DNA from: Nitrospirota bacterium
GTDB taxonomy: Bacteria > Nitrospirota > UBA9217
Length of the DNA stretch: 64,000 nucleotides
Direction of reading: 5' to 3'
NCBI GenBank assembly: GCA_963845065.1
Contig: CAWJQQ010000006.1
Coordinates: 224,001-288,000, forward strand
In this document: positions 31,629-43,514 of the stretch, piece after piece
Layout: every line of letters begins with the position of its first letter
How positions within the stretch are numbered: position 1 is the first letter of the stretch
Program-made: the position numbers and the translations under genes
The notes under the pieces: generated by a model
The model's input: the letters and a program-made list of their open reading frames with translations, nothing else
Database searches by the model: none
What the model was told of the DNA's origin: nothing

Positions 31629-32537
31629 TTAATCCTCTCCGATAATTTTAATCTCCGGCTCGAGCCGCACGCCGTGGATTTGAAGCACCTTTTGCCTCAT
31701 ACTCTCCATGAGAGTCAGCACTTCTGAGGCTTTAGCATGGCCTTTGTTCACAATAAAATTGGCGTGTTTGTCGGATACCTGAGCCCCGCCCACCGTTTTG
31801 CCTTTGAGCCCCGCTGCTTCTATCAGTTTTCCTGCCGACTCTTCTTGAGGATTCCTGAAGATCGATCCCGCGTTGGGTAACCCTGCTGGCTGCCGCTGTT
31901 TCCTCTTACTGAGAATTTCCTTGACGTGTTCTTGAATCTTATTCCGATCTCCATGGCGCAGAATGATACGGACTTCTAAAATTACGTGCCCTTCCGGAAT
32001 CGCGCTCGTCCTATACCCAAATCTCATCTCCTCTCTACCCATGGTGACCATGTTACCATCGGGCGAAAGCAGTGTTACAGAATCAATTACATCACCGAAC
32101 TCTCCTGAAGCAGTCCCGGCATTCATGCATACTGCTCCACCGACGGTACCTGGAATGCCGGCAGTAAATTCAAGCCCCGTCAGCCCTTCCTCAACGGCAA
32201 AAGAAAGGAGCTTCTGCAGTGGCACGCCGGCTTCAACAAAGATGACGGTGAATGCGCCACCTATTGATCGGTACTCGCGTTCAATCTTTATGGCCTGCAT
32301 GCGCTGAAGGCTAATCACAATACCGCGAAAACCACCGTCGCGCACGAGGATGTTTGTTCCTCCTCCAAGGACAAAACATTTCAGTTTTTTTCCCATGATT
32401 TCCCGGAGGAGCGTTGCAAGATCGTTTCGGTCAACAGGAACGGCAAATACATCGGCAGGCCCTCCGATGGCATACGACGTATGTCTGCTCATCGGTTCAT
32501 TCCGTCTGATTTCACCTTTAAAGCCTGCGATCTCCAT
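31629..32537 (-). CDS. murB: UDP-N-acetylenolpyruvoylglucosamine reductase
   Basis: [27 protein letters not shown] and HANFIVN motifs. Confidence 0.96.
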   Translation of the reverse strand: MEIAGFKGEIRRNEPMSRHTSYAIGGPADVFAVPVDRNDLATLLREIMGKKLKCFVLGGGTNILVRDGGFRGIVISLQRMQAIKIEREYRSIGGAFTVIFVEAGVPLQKLLSFAVEEGLTGLEFTAGIPGTVGGAVCMNAGTASGEFGDVIDSVTLLSPDGNMVTMGREEMRFGYRTSAIPEGHVILEVRIILRHGDRNKIQEHVKEILSKRKQRQPAGLPNAGSIFRNPQEESAGKLIEAAGLKGKTVGGAQVSDKHANFIVNKGHAKASEVLTLMESMRQKVLQIHGVRLEPEIKIIGED

Positions 32538-33903
32538 GCTGTAGTTTCTCCAAGATTTGTTCACTCAGTTTCCATACGTCCCCGGCACCGAGCGTAATCA
32601 TGAGGTCCCCTTTTTTCAGAACTTTTATCAAGTGCTCTATGAGCTTATTCCGTTCCGGTATAAACGTCACATCTTTGTGCCCGTGCTTCTTAATCCCCTC
32701 ATAGAGTGCCTGCCCGCTCACGCCAGGAATCGGCTTCTCTCCTGCTGCGTAAATGTCCATGACGATAAGCTTGTCCGCCTGGTTGAATGCCGTAAAGAAA
32801 TCCTCAAGAAGATGCTGGGTCCTCGTGTACCTATGGGGCTGGAACACCACTACCACTCGCCGCTCCATGCCCGTTGCTGCAGCTGCAAGTGTGGCCTTGA
32901 TCTCCGTTGGATGGTGACCATAATCATCTACGACGATGACGCCACCCACCTCTCCCTTGATCTGAAACCGTCTCTGCACGCCGCTAAACTCCCGGAGTGC
33001 CTTGCGGATCGTTTCAATATCGATATCCAACTCGCGCGCCACGGCGATCGCTGCAAGGCTGTTGCTGATATTGTGCACACCTGGTACGGAGAGTTCGAAG
33101 AGCCCGAGGTCCTTGTTGTGATGCATCACTTTGAAAGTCGATCCCATTGGACGGAGCGAAATGTCCCGCGCCTGGTAGTCGGCCTGAGTGCTCATACCGT
33201 AGGTTTGATACCGTTTCTGAAGCGAGGGAATGAGTGCCTGGATGTGCGGCTGGTCAAGACAGAGCACCGACACACCGTAAAACGGGACTTTGTTGACGAA
33301 GGTGAGGAAGGCCGCCTTTATCTCGTCGATGTCTCTATAGTAATCTAGATGCTCAGCATCGATGTTCGTGACCACAGCGATTGTCGGCGAAAGTTTAAGA
33401 AAACTCCCGTCGCTCTCGTCCGCCTCGGCAACGAGGAACTCGCCCTGGCCAAGTTTGGCGTTCGTTCCCAGGCTGTTTAGTTTCCCACCGATCACGACCG
33501 TGGGATCAATGCCTCCAGCAGCAAAAACCGTTGCGATCATGGAGGTCGTCGTGGTTTTACCGTGCGCGCCTGCGATCGCCACGCCGTATTTGAGCCGCAT
33601 GAGCTCGGCGAGCATCTCTGCCCGTGGGATCACTGGCACCTGCTTCTCGCGCGCTGCGATAACCTCGACATTGTCATTCTTTACTGCTGACGAGATCACA
33701 ACCACGTGCGGCGACGTAATGTTCTCGGCTCGGTGACCGAAAAAGATCTCTCCACCCAGTCGCCTCAACCGCTCCGTAGTATCTGATTCTTTAATGTCTG
33801 AGCCGGAAACTTTATATCCAAGGTTCAAAAGCACTTCGGCGATGCCGCTCATTCCGATACCGCCAATGCCGACAAAGTGTATATGTTTAATTCGCTTGAA
33901 CAT
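32518..33903 (-). CDS. murC: UDP-N-acetylmuramate--L-alanine ligase
   Basis: [22 protein letters not shown] and DDYGHHPTE motifs. Confidence 0.98.
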   Translation of the reverse strand: MFKRIKHIHFVGIGGIGMSGIAEVLLNLGYKVSGSDIKESDTTERLRRLGGEIFFGHRAENITSPHVVVISSAVKNDNVEVIAAREKQVPVIPRAEMLAELMRLKYGVAIAGAHGKTTTTSMIATVFAAGGIDPTVVIGGKLNSLGTNAKLGQGEFLVAEADESDGSFLKLSPTIAVVTNIDAEHLDYYRDIDEIKAAFLTFVNKVPFYGVSVLCLDQPHIQALIPSLQKRYQTYGMSTQADYQARDISLRPMGSTFKVMHHNKDLGLFELSVPGVHNISNSLAAIAVARELDIDIETIRKALREFSGVQRRFQIKGEVGGVIVVDDYGHHPTEIKATLAAAATGMERRVVVVFQPHRYTRTQHLLEDFFTAFNQADKLIVMDIYAAGEKPIPGVSGQALYEGIKKHGHKDVTFIPERNKLIEHLIKVLKKGDLMITLGAGDVWKLSEQILEKLQHGDRRL

Positions 33904-34966
33904 AGTCCTTACACATCCTCGCTATCTCTTCTGCTGCGTTATTTTCCATACACGGTACATGTGAAGAAACATCCTGTCCGACGTATTTTAATATGAGCTC
34001 TGCCAGTGTCTCCGGCTTGAGGTCTCGCTGTGCTATCACGACCGCCGCGCCACGCTCTGCCAGCGTTCGTGCGTTGTACTCCTGGTGATTATCGGCTGCA
34101 AATGGAAACGGTATCAGCACCGCGCGCTTTCCGCAGACAGCAAGTTCTGCAACAGTTGTGGCGCCGGAGCGTGAGACCACGAGGTCCGCGGCCGCGTATG
34201 CGCCAGCCATGTCGTGAATATAGGGTAGCACCACTGCTTTGACACCCGCATCACGATATCTTGCTGCAACTTCAGCAACATCCTTCTCACCGGTCTGATG
34301 CAGGATCTGTAGGTGTTCTATCTTATTTAGAATGTTTGCAGTGCCTTTCATCGCCATATTGATGGCATGGGCGCCACCGCTCCCGCCCATAACAAAAATC
34401 GTAAAATTCCCCGGTCTAAGTCCGAAATCTTTGAGCGCTTTCTCGCGATTTCCTTTGTCAATGCCTTTTCTGACCAGTGGTCCGACCTTCTTCGTTTTCT
34501 TGGCCGAGAAAAATGTCTGTGCTCCCGTGCCAGGAAAACAGAGGATGACCTTACTTGCCAACCTCCCCAGATTTCTATTTGCCAGTCCGGCATATGAATT
34601 GGGCTCCACGATCACAAGAGGAACCCTGACAAACCAGGCCGCGAGCGCCACCGGTCCTGAGGAATAACCCCCCACGCCGATTACCACATCCGGTCTCTTT
34701 TCGAGGAGCAGACGTATGGACTGTATAATGCTCAGCGGCAGTGTAACAATTGTTTTGAATATAGAGCTGAACTTCATGCCCTTCAGCTTTCCGACGGTGA
34801 TAAAACGGACCGGCAGCCCCTCTCGCGGAAGCACTTTCGCCTCGATTCCCTGCTTCGTGCCGATAAACAAAACGTCGTTGTCCCGTTCTCTCAGCACTTC
34901 TCGCGCAATGGCAATTCCTGGATAGAGATGCCCTCCAGTCCCTCCACCGGCAATAACGACTTTCAT
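33887..34966 (-). CDS. murG: Lipid II GlcNAc transferase
   Basis: GGGTGGH, GGYSS, RSGATT and HQEYNA motifs. Confidence 0.97.
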   Translation of the reverse strand: MKVVIAGGGTGGHLYPGIAIAREVLRERDNDVLFIGTKQGIEAKVLPREGLPVRFITVGKLKGMKFSSIFKTIVTLPLSIIQSIRLLLEKRPDVVIGVGGYSSGPVALAAWFVRVPLVIVEPNSYAGLANRNLGRLASKVILCFPGTGAQTFFSAKKTKKVGPLVRKGIDKGNREKALKDFGLRPGNFTIFVMGGSGGAHAINMAMKGTANILNKIEHLQILHQTGEKDVAEVAARYRDAGVKAVVLPYIHDMAGAYAAADLVVSRSGATTVAELAVCGKRAVLIPFPFAADNHQEYNARTLAERGAAVVIAQRDLKPETLAELILKYVGQDVSSHVPCMENNAAEEIARMCKDYVQAN

Positions 34967-35000
34967 CCGTGTTGTTCTCCCGGACCCTGGCTCCTTGACG

Positions 35001-36116
35001 CTATCCTGTTTCCTTCGAAACATTCAACAATACTCCGATTGCTCCCATAGTTATGACGAGCGATGAGCCGCCATAGCTCACCAGCGGCAGCGCAATGCCT
35101 TTGGTCGGCAGAAGACCCGTGACCACAGCCATATTGATCAGACCCTGAAAGCATATCAGAAGCGTGATCCCGAGGGCAAGAAGCCTACTGAACGGGTCAC
35201 CCACGGCAAGGGTTATACGCACGCCGCGCCATAGAATAATCAGGAATAACAGGATTACGACAAGCGCTCCGATCAGCCCTAGTTCTTCACCGATCACGGC
35301 ATAGATAAAATCCGAATGCCGCTCCGGCAGGAAGAAGAGCTTTTGCCGCCCTTCACCTAGTCCGCGGCCGAACAAACCACCGCTCCCGAAAGCAAGAAAG
35401 GACTGAATAATCTGGTGCCCTGCACCCAGCGGGTCAGACCAGGGATCGAGAAACGCGACGATCCTTCTCCACCGGTATGCCTTGTGTGCCACGGCGAATA
35501 TGACTAGGGGAAGCACAGCAAGCAGCGTACCGCCGATATGAATAATATTTGCTCCTCCGGCAAAGAGCATTATACCTGCAACACAGGCAAGCGTCATTGC
35601 ACTACCAAAGTCCGGCTGGAGCACAGCCACACTCGTAAACACTGCGATCACAACATAAGCCGGCACCATCCCGTTCATGAAATCCCTGATACGCTCGCCC
35701 TTCTTAGCGATATAATAGCTCAAGTAAACAACAACGGCGAACTTGGCAAATTCTACCGGTTGAAACGACAGCATGCCAATCCGCAGCCACCTCCGCGACC
35801 CGTTTACCATTCTTCCGATTCCGGGTGCAAGTGTGGCAGCGAGCAACATCAACGAGATCGTCATGATTGCCAGTACTACTCTTTGTCCAGCCAACCGGTG
35901 GTGGTCGATCCGCATGGTAAGCGAAAGGAGCGCGAGTCCCATGGCCGCCCATAGGAGTTGACGCTTCATGAAGAATAAAGAGTCGTTATATGTCGTAAGC
36001 GCAACCACGCTGCTAGAGCTATATACCATTACCACGCTGATCACTAGCAGCGTCAAAATGGCGAAGAGCAGCGTCTTATCGTATTGTCCTTTATAGTACG
36101 TCACCTGCTGCATCAA
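35001..36116 (-). CDS. ftsW: Peptidoglycan polymerase FtsW (SEDS)
   Basis: RRW...QP.E.AK, QPDFG, LPE.HSDFI and SYGGSS motifs. Confidence 0.96.
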   Translation of the reverse strand: MMQQVTYYKGQYDKTLLFAILTLLVISVVMVYSSSSVVALTTYNDSLFFMKRQLLWAAMGLALLSLTMRIDHHRLAGQRVVLAIMTISLMLLAATLAPGIGRMVNGSRRWLRIGMLSFQPVEFAKFAVVVYLSYYIAKKGERIRDFMNGMVPAYVVIAVFTSVAVLQPDFGSAMTLACVAGIMLFAGGANIIHIGGTLLAVLPLVIFAVAHKAYRWRRIVAFLDPWSDPLGAGHQIIQSFLAFGSGGLFGRGLGEGRQKLFFLPERHSDFIYAVIGEELGLIGALVVILLFLIILWRGVRITLAVGDPFSRLLALGITLLICFQGLINMAVVTGLLPTKGIALPLVSYGGSSLVITMGAIGVLLNVSKETG

Positions 36117-36145
36117 CTTTGCCTCCTGCTTGTTGACCCTTGCCT

Positions 36146-37486
36146 CTATTCCATGTTCATTACTGCTTCTTTAAATTGTCTCCCCCGGTCTTCGAAATCC
36201 TTGAACATATCGAAACTAGCACATGCGGGTGACAGCAGGACTACGTCTCCCCAAGAGGACCGTGCAGCAGCTAATTTTACAGCATCCTGGAGCGTCTGCG
36301 CAAATACAGTCTCCGTTGAGCTACCGAGAGCTTTCGCCATCTTATCCGCTGCTTTGCCGATCAGAATCAATAGCTTCACTTTCTGTTTAAACAAATTGTA
36401 TAGAGGGCTAAAGTCGCTACCCTTGTCCAGCCCGCCTGCGATCAGGATAACCGGCTGCGTGAATCCTTCGACGGACTTCACTACAGCGCCCACGTTCGTA
36501 CCTTTTGAGTCGTTAATCCAGACAACGCCGTCCTTTGCCCGCACGAACTCAAGCCTGTGTTCAAGGCCGGAAAATTCCCGAAGCACGGCAGCCACGGACG
36601 TGGGATCGGCATCAGCGCATAGAGCTAGCGCTGCGGCCGCGAGCGCATTCTCGAGATTGTGCACGCCTTTGATCTTGATTTCGTCGATACGAATGATTCG
36701 CCTATTGTTGAATGTAAGAAATCCATCTTGCACGCAGACACCGGGACTAAACCGAAGTAGACGCGAGAAGGGTATCACCGTGGCTGGCGTTCGCTTCGCA
36801 TAGGACTTTACGAGAGGATCGTCGAAGTTAAGAATGAGGAAATCATCCTTACGCTGATTCATAAAGATGCGAGTTTTCACTTCGCCGTACTCGGCAATGT
36901 CATGATACCGGTCAAGGTGGTCCTGCGTGACATTCAGGATCGTGGCGACGCGGGGATGGAACGTCTCAATATATTCAAGCTGGAAGCTTGAGAGTTCGGC
37001 AACGATCCAGTCCTGTTGTTTTAGTAAAGTGATGTCTTCCGTCAAGGCGTTTCCGATGTTACCTGCCACGAGCACCTTCTTCTGTGCACGCCCGAGCATG
37101 AGTCCCACGAGCGTCGTGACTGTGGATTTGCCATTCGTTCCCGTGATCCCGATATAAGGTACATCCGATAGCAGCCATGCAAGTTCAAGCTCGCTGATCA
37201 CGTTTACGCCGCGCTGCTGGGCTGCGAGAATTTGCGGAAGCTTCGGCACACCGGGACTCAACACGATGAGATCGGCTTCGAGAAAAATTGGGTCTGGGTG
37301 TCCACCCGCCTCAATAACGATGTGGTCGTTACCAAGGGACTTCACTTGTGCGCTAAGCTGGATCAGTGGCTTCTTGTCCGTCACCGTAACAATCGCACCT
37401 AGGGCATGAAGCGCCCGTGCAGCGGCAACCCCGCTCCGTGCCAGACCGACTACTGTTGCTTTCTTTCCTCTAAAATCCTTTTTCAC
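36146..37486 (-). CDS. murD: UDP-MurNAc-L-Ala--D-Glu ligase
   Basis: GTNGKST, ELSSFQL, NDSKGTN and SPACASFD motifs. Confidence 0.97.
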   Translation of the reverse strand: MKKDFRGKKATVVGLARSGVAAARALHALGAIVTVTDKKPLIQLSAQVKSLGNDHIVIEAGGHPDPIFLEADLIVLSPGVPKLPQILAAQQRGVNVISELELAWLLSDVPYIGITGTNGKSTVTTLVGLMLGRAQKKVLVAGNIGNALTEDITLLKQQDWIVAELSSFQLEYIETFHPRVATILNVTQDHLDRYHDIAEYGEVKTRIFMNQRKDDFLILNFDDPLVKSYAKRTPATVIPFSRLLRFSPGVCVQDGFLTFNNRRIIRIDEIKIKGVHNLENALAAAALALCADADPTSVAAVLREFSGLEHRLEFVRAKDGVVWINDSKGTNVGAVVKSVEGFTQPVILIAGGLDKGSDFSPLYNLFKQKVKLLILIGKAADKMAKALGSSTETVFAQTLQDAVKLAAARSSWGDVVLLSPACASFDMFKDFEDRGRQFKEAVMNME

Positions 37487-37598
37487 ATTACCCCCAAACA
37501 ATTTTTCCAACGGAGGAGCGAAGACCACTGACTTGTAAAGAACACGCCATCAAGATTTTGGTTTTTCAGTGACTTCGCGTAATTGCAGTATATTGCTA

Positions 37599-38681
37599 TT
37601 ATCTCAGTTTCAACGTGCTGATCGAGATTAAGGCCAGGATGATCCCTACAATCCAGAACCGGGTGATTACCTTCGACTCAGCCCATCCGATCTGCTCAAA
37701 GTGATGATGAATCGGCGCCATCTTGAAGATACGCTTTCCTGTCAGCTTGAACGACGCTACCTGTAGTATCACTGAAACTGTTTCAATAACAAAAATTCCC
37801 CCCACGATCACTAGAATCAATTCGTTTTTGGTCACTACTGCCAATGTGCCGAGAGCGCCACCGAGAGACAAGGACCCTACGTCTCCCATGAACACCTCAG
37901 CAGGATGGGCATTGTACCACAGGAACCCGAGGCTCGCGCCCAACAAGGCACCACAAAAAATTGTGAGTTCCCCGCTACCCGAGATAAAGAGGATCTTCAG
38001 ATAGTCCGCGATAATCTTGTTTCCGCCAAGATAGACGATCACTGCATTGGCCGTGGCTGCGATACCGACGAGCCCGATCGCAAGGCCGTCAAGACCGTCG
38101 GTGAGGTTCACCGCGTTTGAAGAACCCACGATCACTATAACGACAAAGGGGATGTAGAACCACCCCAAATCGAGAAAAAGCCGCTTCAGGAACGGCACAG
38201 AAATGGACGTATTATTCGGGTCGCCAGGATTATAATAGAGAAAAACACCGATCGCTGCCGAGGCTAGTATCTGGAGTCCAAACTTCTCCACCGCCCGCAA
38301 CCCGGTGGACCGCTTCTTTACGACTTTAAGATAGTCGTCCCAGAAGCCAATCCCCCCGAAGGTAAGCGTCGCAAAAAGCACGATCCAAACGTATTTATTC
38401 GTCAAGTCGGACCACAAGAGTACGGAACTCACGAGGGCTGCAACAATCAGAAGTCCGCCCATGGTCGGCGTACCCTGCTTGGCGAGATGGGTTTGCGGAC
38501 CATCGCTTCTGACGTGCTGACCGACCCTAAGTCTGCGCAGCCAGGCAATCATCGAAGGAGCCAGAATAAACGTCACGATGAGTGCCGTTAAGACGGCACC
38601 GGCGCTCCGAAATGTAATATACCGGAACACGTTAAATCCGGAGAAGGTATTGCGCAGTGGGTAAAGCAGGTGATAGAGCAT
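37599..38681 (-). CDS. mraY: Phospho-MurNAc-pentapeptide transferase
   Basis: GTPTMGG, NLTDGLDGL, FMGD.GS and APIHHHFE motifs. Confidence 0.98.
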   Translation of the reverse strand: MLYHLLYPLRNTFSGFNVFRYITFRSAGAVLTALIVTFILAPSMIAWLRRLRVGQHVRSDGPQTHLAKQGTPTMGGLLIVAALVSSVLLWSDLTNKYVWIVLFATLTFGGIGFWDDYLKVVKKRSTGLRAVEKFGLQILASAAIGVFLYYNPGDPNNTSISVPFLKRLFLDLGWFYIPFVVIVIVGSSNAVNLTDGLDGLAIGLVGIAATANAVIVYLGGNKIIADYLKILFISGSGELTIFCGALLGASLGFLWYNAHPAEVFMGDVGSLSLGGALGTLAVVTKNELILVIVGGIFVIETVSVILQVASFKLTGKRIFKMAPIHHHFEQIGWAESKVITRFWIVGIILALISISTLKLR

Positions 38682-40048
38682 TAAAATGCCTCCAGAATTT
38701 TTTCCATCTTCATTCCTCGTGAGCCTTTGATGAGAATGACATCGCCCGGATGCGTCAGCTGTTTCAGCAGCCTCCCTGCGTTTTCATGCGAAATCGCCCC
38801 GAGCACCTGCTCCTCCTTCATTCCCGCTTCAAGGGCACCCTTTTCAACGTACGTTCCTTGCTCACCGACCGTGATCAGGAGATCCACCTTGTTACGCGCT
38901 ACTGTTCGTCCAATTTCTCGGTGTGCTTCTGCCGACATCTCTCCCAATTCGAGCATATCACCGATAACAGCAATTGCCTTCATGCCGGATTTAAGCGAAA
39001 CGAGCGTTTTGATCGCCGCCTCCATGGAGGCAGGATTTGCATTGTAGTAATCAGCAAGAACAGTCCTGCCATCGAGCTTTTTTACTTCAGACCGTCCGGC
39101 GACTGGTAGGAAGTCATCGAGTCCAAATTTTACGACATCGATCGTGACGCCCACGGCGAGTGCGGCGGCAGTAGCTGCAAGGGCATTATACACATTGTGT
39201 ATTCCCACGGCGCGTAGTCGAACGTTGATGCGTACACCCTCCATTGTAATCGTCATGTCGGAATATTCTTTCTCCTGCCGTACATTGGACGCTGTAACGT
39301 CGGCCTTATTGGCGATGCTGAAGGTGATGAGACGTCCAGCGAACTTTTTCTTTAAGATGCCGAAATGTGCATCGTCGGCATTCAAGACCGCTGATGCCTC
39401 CGATTTAAGGTTGTCTAACAATTCTCCTTTAGCCTGCGCAACCTTGTCCGTCGTGCCGAAGAACTCAAGATGGGCTGGACCGATGTTGGTTATCACCCCG
39501 ACTGTGGGCATGGCAAGCCTCGTAAGCGTATCGATTTCTCCCGGCGCGCTCATACCCATTTCGATGACCCCAACCCAGTGGCTATCATTCATCTTCAAAA
39601 GCGTAAGGGGAACGCCGATATGGTTGTTCAGGTTGCCCTCATTCTTGAGCACCGGCCCCTTCCGTTTCAGGATGGACGCGAGCATTTCCCTGGTCGTGGT
39701 CTTGCCGTTCGAACCCGTGATGCCGACGACGGGAATCATGAATTTTTTTCGGTGTAAGTGCGCCATCTCCTGGAGGGCATAGAGCGTATCTTCAACTGGA
39801 AGAATGTTCTTCAAACCCCCGAGGTTTAAGAACTTTTGTTCCATTGTGGTCCGCTCCACGAGTGCACCCCAGGCGCCTTTTTTTATCGCATCGGGCACAA
39901 AATCATGGCCGTCAAAACGGTCACCCTTGAGCGCGACAAATAGTTCGCCCTCCTTTACGTTGCGAGAGTCAATGGATATACCTTTAATTTCCATGCGCCC
40001 GACCATCCCTATAACTTTTCCAAGCATTTTTTTTTCATAATCATTCAT
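38681..40048 (-). CDS. murF: UDP-MurNAc-tripeptide--D-Ala-D-Ala ligase
   Basis: GSNGKTTT, NNHIGVP, YNANP.SM, GDMLELG and KGSRG motifs. Confidence 0.96.
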   Translation of the reverse strand: MNDYEKKMLGKVIGMVGRMEIKGISIDSRNVKEGELFVALKGDRFDGHDFVPDAIKKGAWGALVERTTMEQKFLNLGGLKNILPVEDTLYALQEMAHLHRKKFMIPVVGITGSNGKTTTREMLASILKRKGPVLKNEGNLNNHIGVPLTLLKMNDSHWVGVIEMGMSAPGEIDTLTRLAMPTVGVITNIGPAHLEFFGTTDKVAQAKGELLDNLKSEASAVLNADDAHFGILKKKFAGRLITFSIANKADVTASNVRQEKEYSDMTITMEGVRINVRLRAVGIHNVYNALAATAAALAVGVTIDVVKFGLDDFLPVAGRSEVKKLDGRTVLADYYNANPASMEAAIKTLVSLKSGMKAIAVIGDMLELGEMSAEAHREIGRTVARNKVDLLITVGEQGTYVEKGALEAGMKEEQVLGAISHENAGRLLKQLTHPGDVILIKGSRGMKMEKILEAF

Positions 40049-40129
40049 GGCACATAATTACGATGCAAGGATCCTATCTCATAATCCATAAAATCTATTA
40101 AAAGAATTGTGTGTTTCCTGCATCGTGCG

Positions 40130-41653
40130 TCACATTCCTCTCTTTTTTTGTAGCTCATCCCTGGCTATTTCCCGGTCATCAAAGTGGACCTTTTTGTCTC
40201 CGATGATCTGGTAATCCTCATGCCCTTTGCCTGCCAGAACGATAACGTCACCCGGTTTGCCCATGCCGATAGCCGCCCTGATTGCGTCACGTCGATCTGG
40301 AATAACCAGATAGGGAGTCTGATTGGTACCTTTGTTGCTCGCTGCGTCAAGGTTTGCAACTTTCACTCCCGCCGATGCCATGCCCTCTTCTATCTCTCTG
40401 ATGATCAACAGCGCGTCCTCGGTCCTGGGATTGTCTGATGTGATGATCACTATGTCGCTCCCCTTCGCTGCAGCACGGCCCATCTTCGACCGCTTCGTCC
40501 GATCGCGATCGCCTCCGCACCCAAAGACAGTTATGACCTGTCCCTCGGCGATCTCGCGGACAGCCTCTAGCAGTCTATCGAGGGCATCTTCCGTATGCGC
40601 GTAATCAACAATCACGCCAAATGGCCGGCCATCTCCTATTTTTTCCATGCGTCCTGGAACGGCTTGCATGGTTTTCACGCCCTCTGCGATCACAGTGGTT
40701 TCGAAACCCATAGCGACGCCAATCGCAATAGCGGTCAGGATATTGTAAATGTTGTGCCTGCCAACGAGAGGCGATTCGACTGTCATCGGTCCCGAAGGCG
40801 TAGTGACTTCGAATGCGAGGCCTTGAATGCCATGGTGTATTGCTCCCAGAGGCCGCACATCGGCGCGCGGTGAAAAACCAGTTGTGATGACTTCAGTCTT
40901 TGTTACGCTAATAATGTCCGTTGCCCGTGTATCATCAATATTGATCACTGCGCATGCGCCTGGACCAAGGCCTTTGAACAGCAGAAGCTTGGCTTCAAAA
41001 TAAGAATCCATAGTTTCATGGAAATCCATGTGATCTTGTGTCAGATTCGTGAATGCGGCTACGGCGAACCTGCATCCTACGGTCCTGCCCAGTGCAAGCG
41101 CGTGTGATGAGACTTCCATGATGCAGGTCTCTGTTCCAAGGTTCGTCATTTCGGACATCAATCGCTGCAAATCAAGAGATTCCGGCGTCGTGTTCGGTGC
41201 GGGATAGACCTTACCGCCCACGCGGTAATCGATAGTGCCAATAAGGCCCACGGTACCGTGTGCGGCCTCGACAATGGATTTCACCAAATATGTGGTGGTA
41301 GTCTTACCGTTAGTTCCGGTCACGCCAATGAGTTTCAGCCTTTCTGACGGATGATTGAAAAATGCATCGGCTAGGAGCGCAAGTGCTTTGCGCGAGTCAT
41401 TGACTGCGACAAACGGTGCACCTCCCGCTTCGACATTGATCTTCTGTTCGGTAACCACGGCGATTGCTCCTTGTCTTATAGCCTGCGGAATAAACTGATG
41501 GCCGTCCGAGTGAAATCCTCGCACGGCCACAAACAGGGAACCCGGTAGCACCTTCCGGGAATCATGGGCAATATCTCTGACCTCGATTTCCAGCGCTTCG
41601 CGCGGGATAGTTGTTTCCAAGTCCAGTACCTTCAGGAGGTCCCCAAGCTTCAC
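40130..41653 (-). CDS. murE: UDP-MurNAc-dipeptide--meso-DAP ligase
   Basis: GTNGKTT, EVSSH, DYAHT, DNPR (DAP specificity) and GKGHE motifs; start GTG inferred from GAGGAG SD. Confidence 0.96.
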   Translation of the reverse strand: MKLGDLLKVLDLETTIPREALEIEVRDIAHDSRKVLPGSLFVAVRGFHSDGHQFIPQAIRQGAIAVVTEQKINVEAGGAPFVAVNDSRKALALLADAFFNHPSERLKLIGVTGTNGKTTTTYLVKSIVEAAHGTVGLIGTIDYRVGGKVYPAPNTTPESLDLQRLMSEMTNLGTETCIMEVSSHALALGRTVGCRFAVAAFTNLTQDHMDFHETMDSYFEAKLLLFKGLGPGACAVINIDDTRATDIISVTKTEVITTGFSPRADVRPLGAIHHGIQGLAFEVTTPSGPMTVESPLVGRHNIYNILTAIAIGVAMGFETTVIAEGVKTMQAVPGRMEKIGDGRPFGVIVDYAHTEDALDRLLEAVREIAEGQVITVFGCGGDRDRTKRSKMGRAAAKGSDIVIITSDNPRTEDALLIIREIEEGMASAGVKVANLDAASNKGTNQTPYLVIPDRRDAIRAAIGMGKPGDVIVLAGKGHEDYQIIGDKKVHFDDREIARDELQKKRGM

Positions 41654-41783
41654 CGAGACAGGCTCCTCTCTTTTTCTCCTCCCACGTGAAGAGGGCGAAA
41701 TTGGAAAGGGCGGGGATGATGGTCCAGATGACGCAATAGCATCTCCCTGCATGCAATCTAACGCATAAGATGTAAAGTACAAA

Positions 41784-43514
41784 TCACCTATTCACCAGAA
41801 GCGTTCTTCCGCCCACGTCATCAGGCGGCACCTGTAAATAGGCAAGGCTCTGTTCCGCCACGGCCCGAAACACGGGCGCCGCCACGGTGCCGCCGTAAAT
41901 GTCACCCTCGGGTGTGTCGATCATAACAAGGATGACGAGCTTCGGCGATCGGACCGGGGCAAAGCCGACAAATGAGCTGACATACTCTTTTTTTGAATAT
42001 ACACCCGTACGCTGGTCGATCTTCTGCGCCGTGCCGGTCTTGCCCGCCGCAGTATACCCGGCCGGTTTTGCCTTTTGGCCCGTACCCATATCGACTACCC
42101 GCTTCAGCATGCTGGTCACCTTAGTGCAGGTCTCTTCCGTTACGGCGCGCCCTACGGACCGGGGCCCGAATTTTTTCCCCGCGCCCCCATTGTGGTCAAG
42201 GATCTCCGATACAATATAGGGTGTCATCATCATGCCGCCGTTTGCGAGTGTACAGTACGCTGTGGCCATTTGTATCGGCGTTACGCCGATCTCCTGACCG
42301 ATCGCGATCTCGCCGATGGAAACACCAGACCACAGCCGGCAATCCCGAAGCAGGCCCGGGATCTCTCCGGGCAGATCCACTCCTGTCTTTTTGCCGAACC
42401 CGAAAGCGCTGATATACTTGTAAAACCGTTCTTTCCCAAGCCGCAACGCGACTTTGATCGTGCCCACATTGCTCGATTCAGCAATCACTTCGGCAAAGGT
42501 AAGCACGCCGTTTCTATGCGCGTCCTTGATCTCCCGGTCGGCAAGCTTGATGCTTCCGGCGCTGCAATCGAACCGCTCAAGGGGATGCACGACACGCTCT
42601 TCCAGTGCTGCAGCAGCGAGGAACGGCTTGAAAATAGAGCCAGGCTCATACGCGTCGGTTACTGCCCGGTTCCGCCACTCCGCCGGTTTATAGCGCTGCG
42701 GTTCGTTCGGATTAAATGCAGGATGGCCATAGCCGTCCGTTCGTAACGAGAGAGCAAGCACTTCTCCCGTCTGCGGGTTCATAACGATGCAGACTCCTCC
42801 CTTTGCATGGGAGTGGGCAAGCATTGCATCAAGTTCTTTTTCGGCAATATGCTGGATCACCTCGTCGATGGTGAGCATGATGTCATGGCCCGGCTTTGGC
42901 ATTTTATACTGGAAACCTGGGCCGCCAGGAAATACCATCCTGCCCTTTGCGTCTTTTTCTGCCAGCACCCACCCACTCACGCCACAGAGTATCTTGTCAT
43001 ACGCGCGCTCCAGACCCTCGAGACCCTCGTTGTCAATGCCCGTAAAACCGATAAGCGGTCCGGCTAGCGATCTGTTCGGGTAGAATCGTCGTGCCTCCGG
43101 TCGAAGCTGGACCTCCTCAGAACCCATTTCTTTAACCTTTTCAGCTTTTATCGGGTCAACTTTTCGGCTAAGCCAAACGAATTGCTTTTCGCCGCCTAAC
43201 TTTCGTTCAAGCATGCTAGGATCTTCGCGCAGGATCTGGGAAAGCCGTTGGGCTAGCTCGCGAGGATTGTCGATTTTTGAAGGAATACCATAAACCGAAT
43301 CAACATCGAGGCTAACAGCCAGCTCTCTGCCCATACGATCTAGGATGGTGCCCCGCATGGGTTTGATTGTCACAACTTGTTCCTGCTGTCGTTCCGCCCT
43401 GGCCGTAAGTTTTGATCGTTCGATGACTTGTAGGTATACGAGCCGCAGGGCCACGAGTGCAAAACCCAGGACCATGATGAACAATACTGCGACTATTCTT
43501 CCCCGTCGTTCCAT
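41784..43514 (-). CDS. ftsI: Penicillin-binding protein 3 (FtsI)
   Basis: EPGSIFK (SxxK), SSN and KTGTAQ motifs; N-terminal TM. Confidence 0.95.
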   Translation of the reverse strand: MERRGRIVAVLFIMVLGFALVALRLVYLQVIERSKLTARAERQQEQVVTIKPMRGTILDRMGRELAVSLDVDSVYGIPSKIDNPRELAQRLSQILREDPSMLERKLGGEKQFVWLSRKVDPIKAEKVKEMGSEEVQLRPEARRFYPNRSLAGPLIGFTGIDNEGLEGLERAYDKILCGVSGWVLAEKDAKGRMVFPGGPGFQYKMPKPGHDIMLTIDEVIQHIAEKELDAMLAHSHAKGGVCIVMNPQTGEVLALSLRTDGYGHPAFNPNEPQRYKPAEWRNRAVTDAYEPGSIFKPFLAAAALEERVVHPLERFDCSAGSIKLADREIKDAHRNGVLTFAEVIAESSNVGTIKVALRLGKERFYKYISAFGFGKKTGVDLPGEIPGLLRDCRLWSGVSIGEIAIGQEIGVTPIQMATAYCTLANGGMMMTPYIVSEILDHNGGAGKKFGPRSVGRAVTEETCTKVTSMLKRVVDMGTGQKAKPAGYTAAGKTGTAQKIDQRTGVYSKKEYVSSFVGFAPVRSPKLVILVMIDTPEGDIYGGTVAAPVFRAVAEQSLAYLQVPPDDVGGRTLLVNR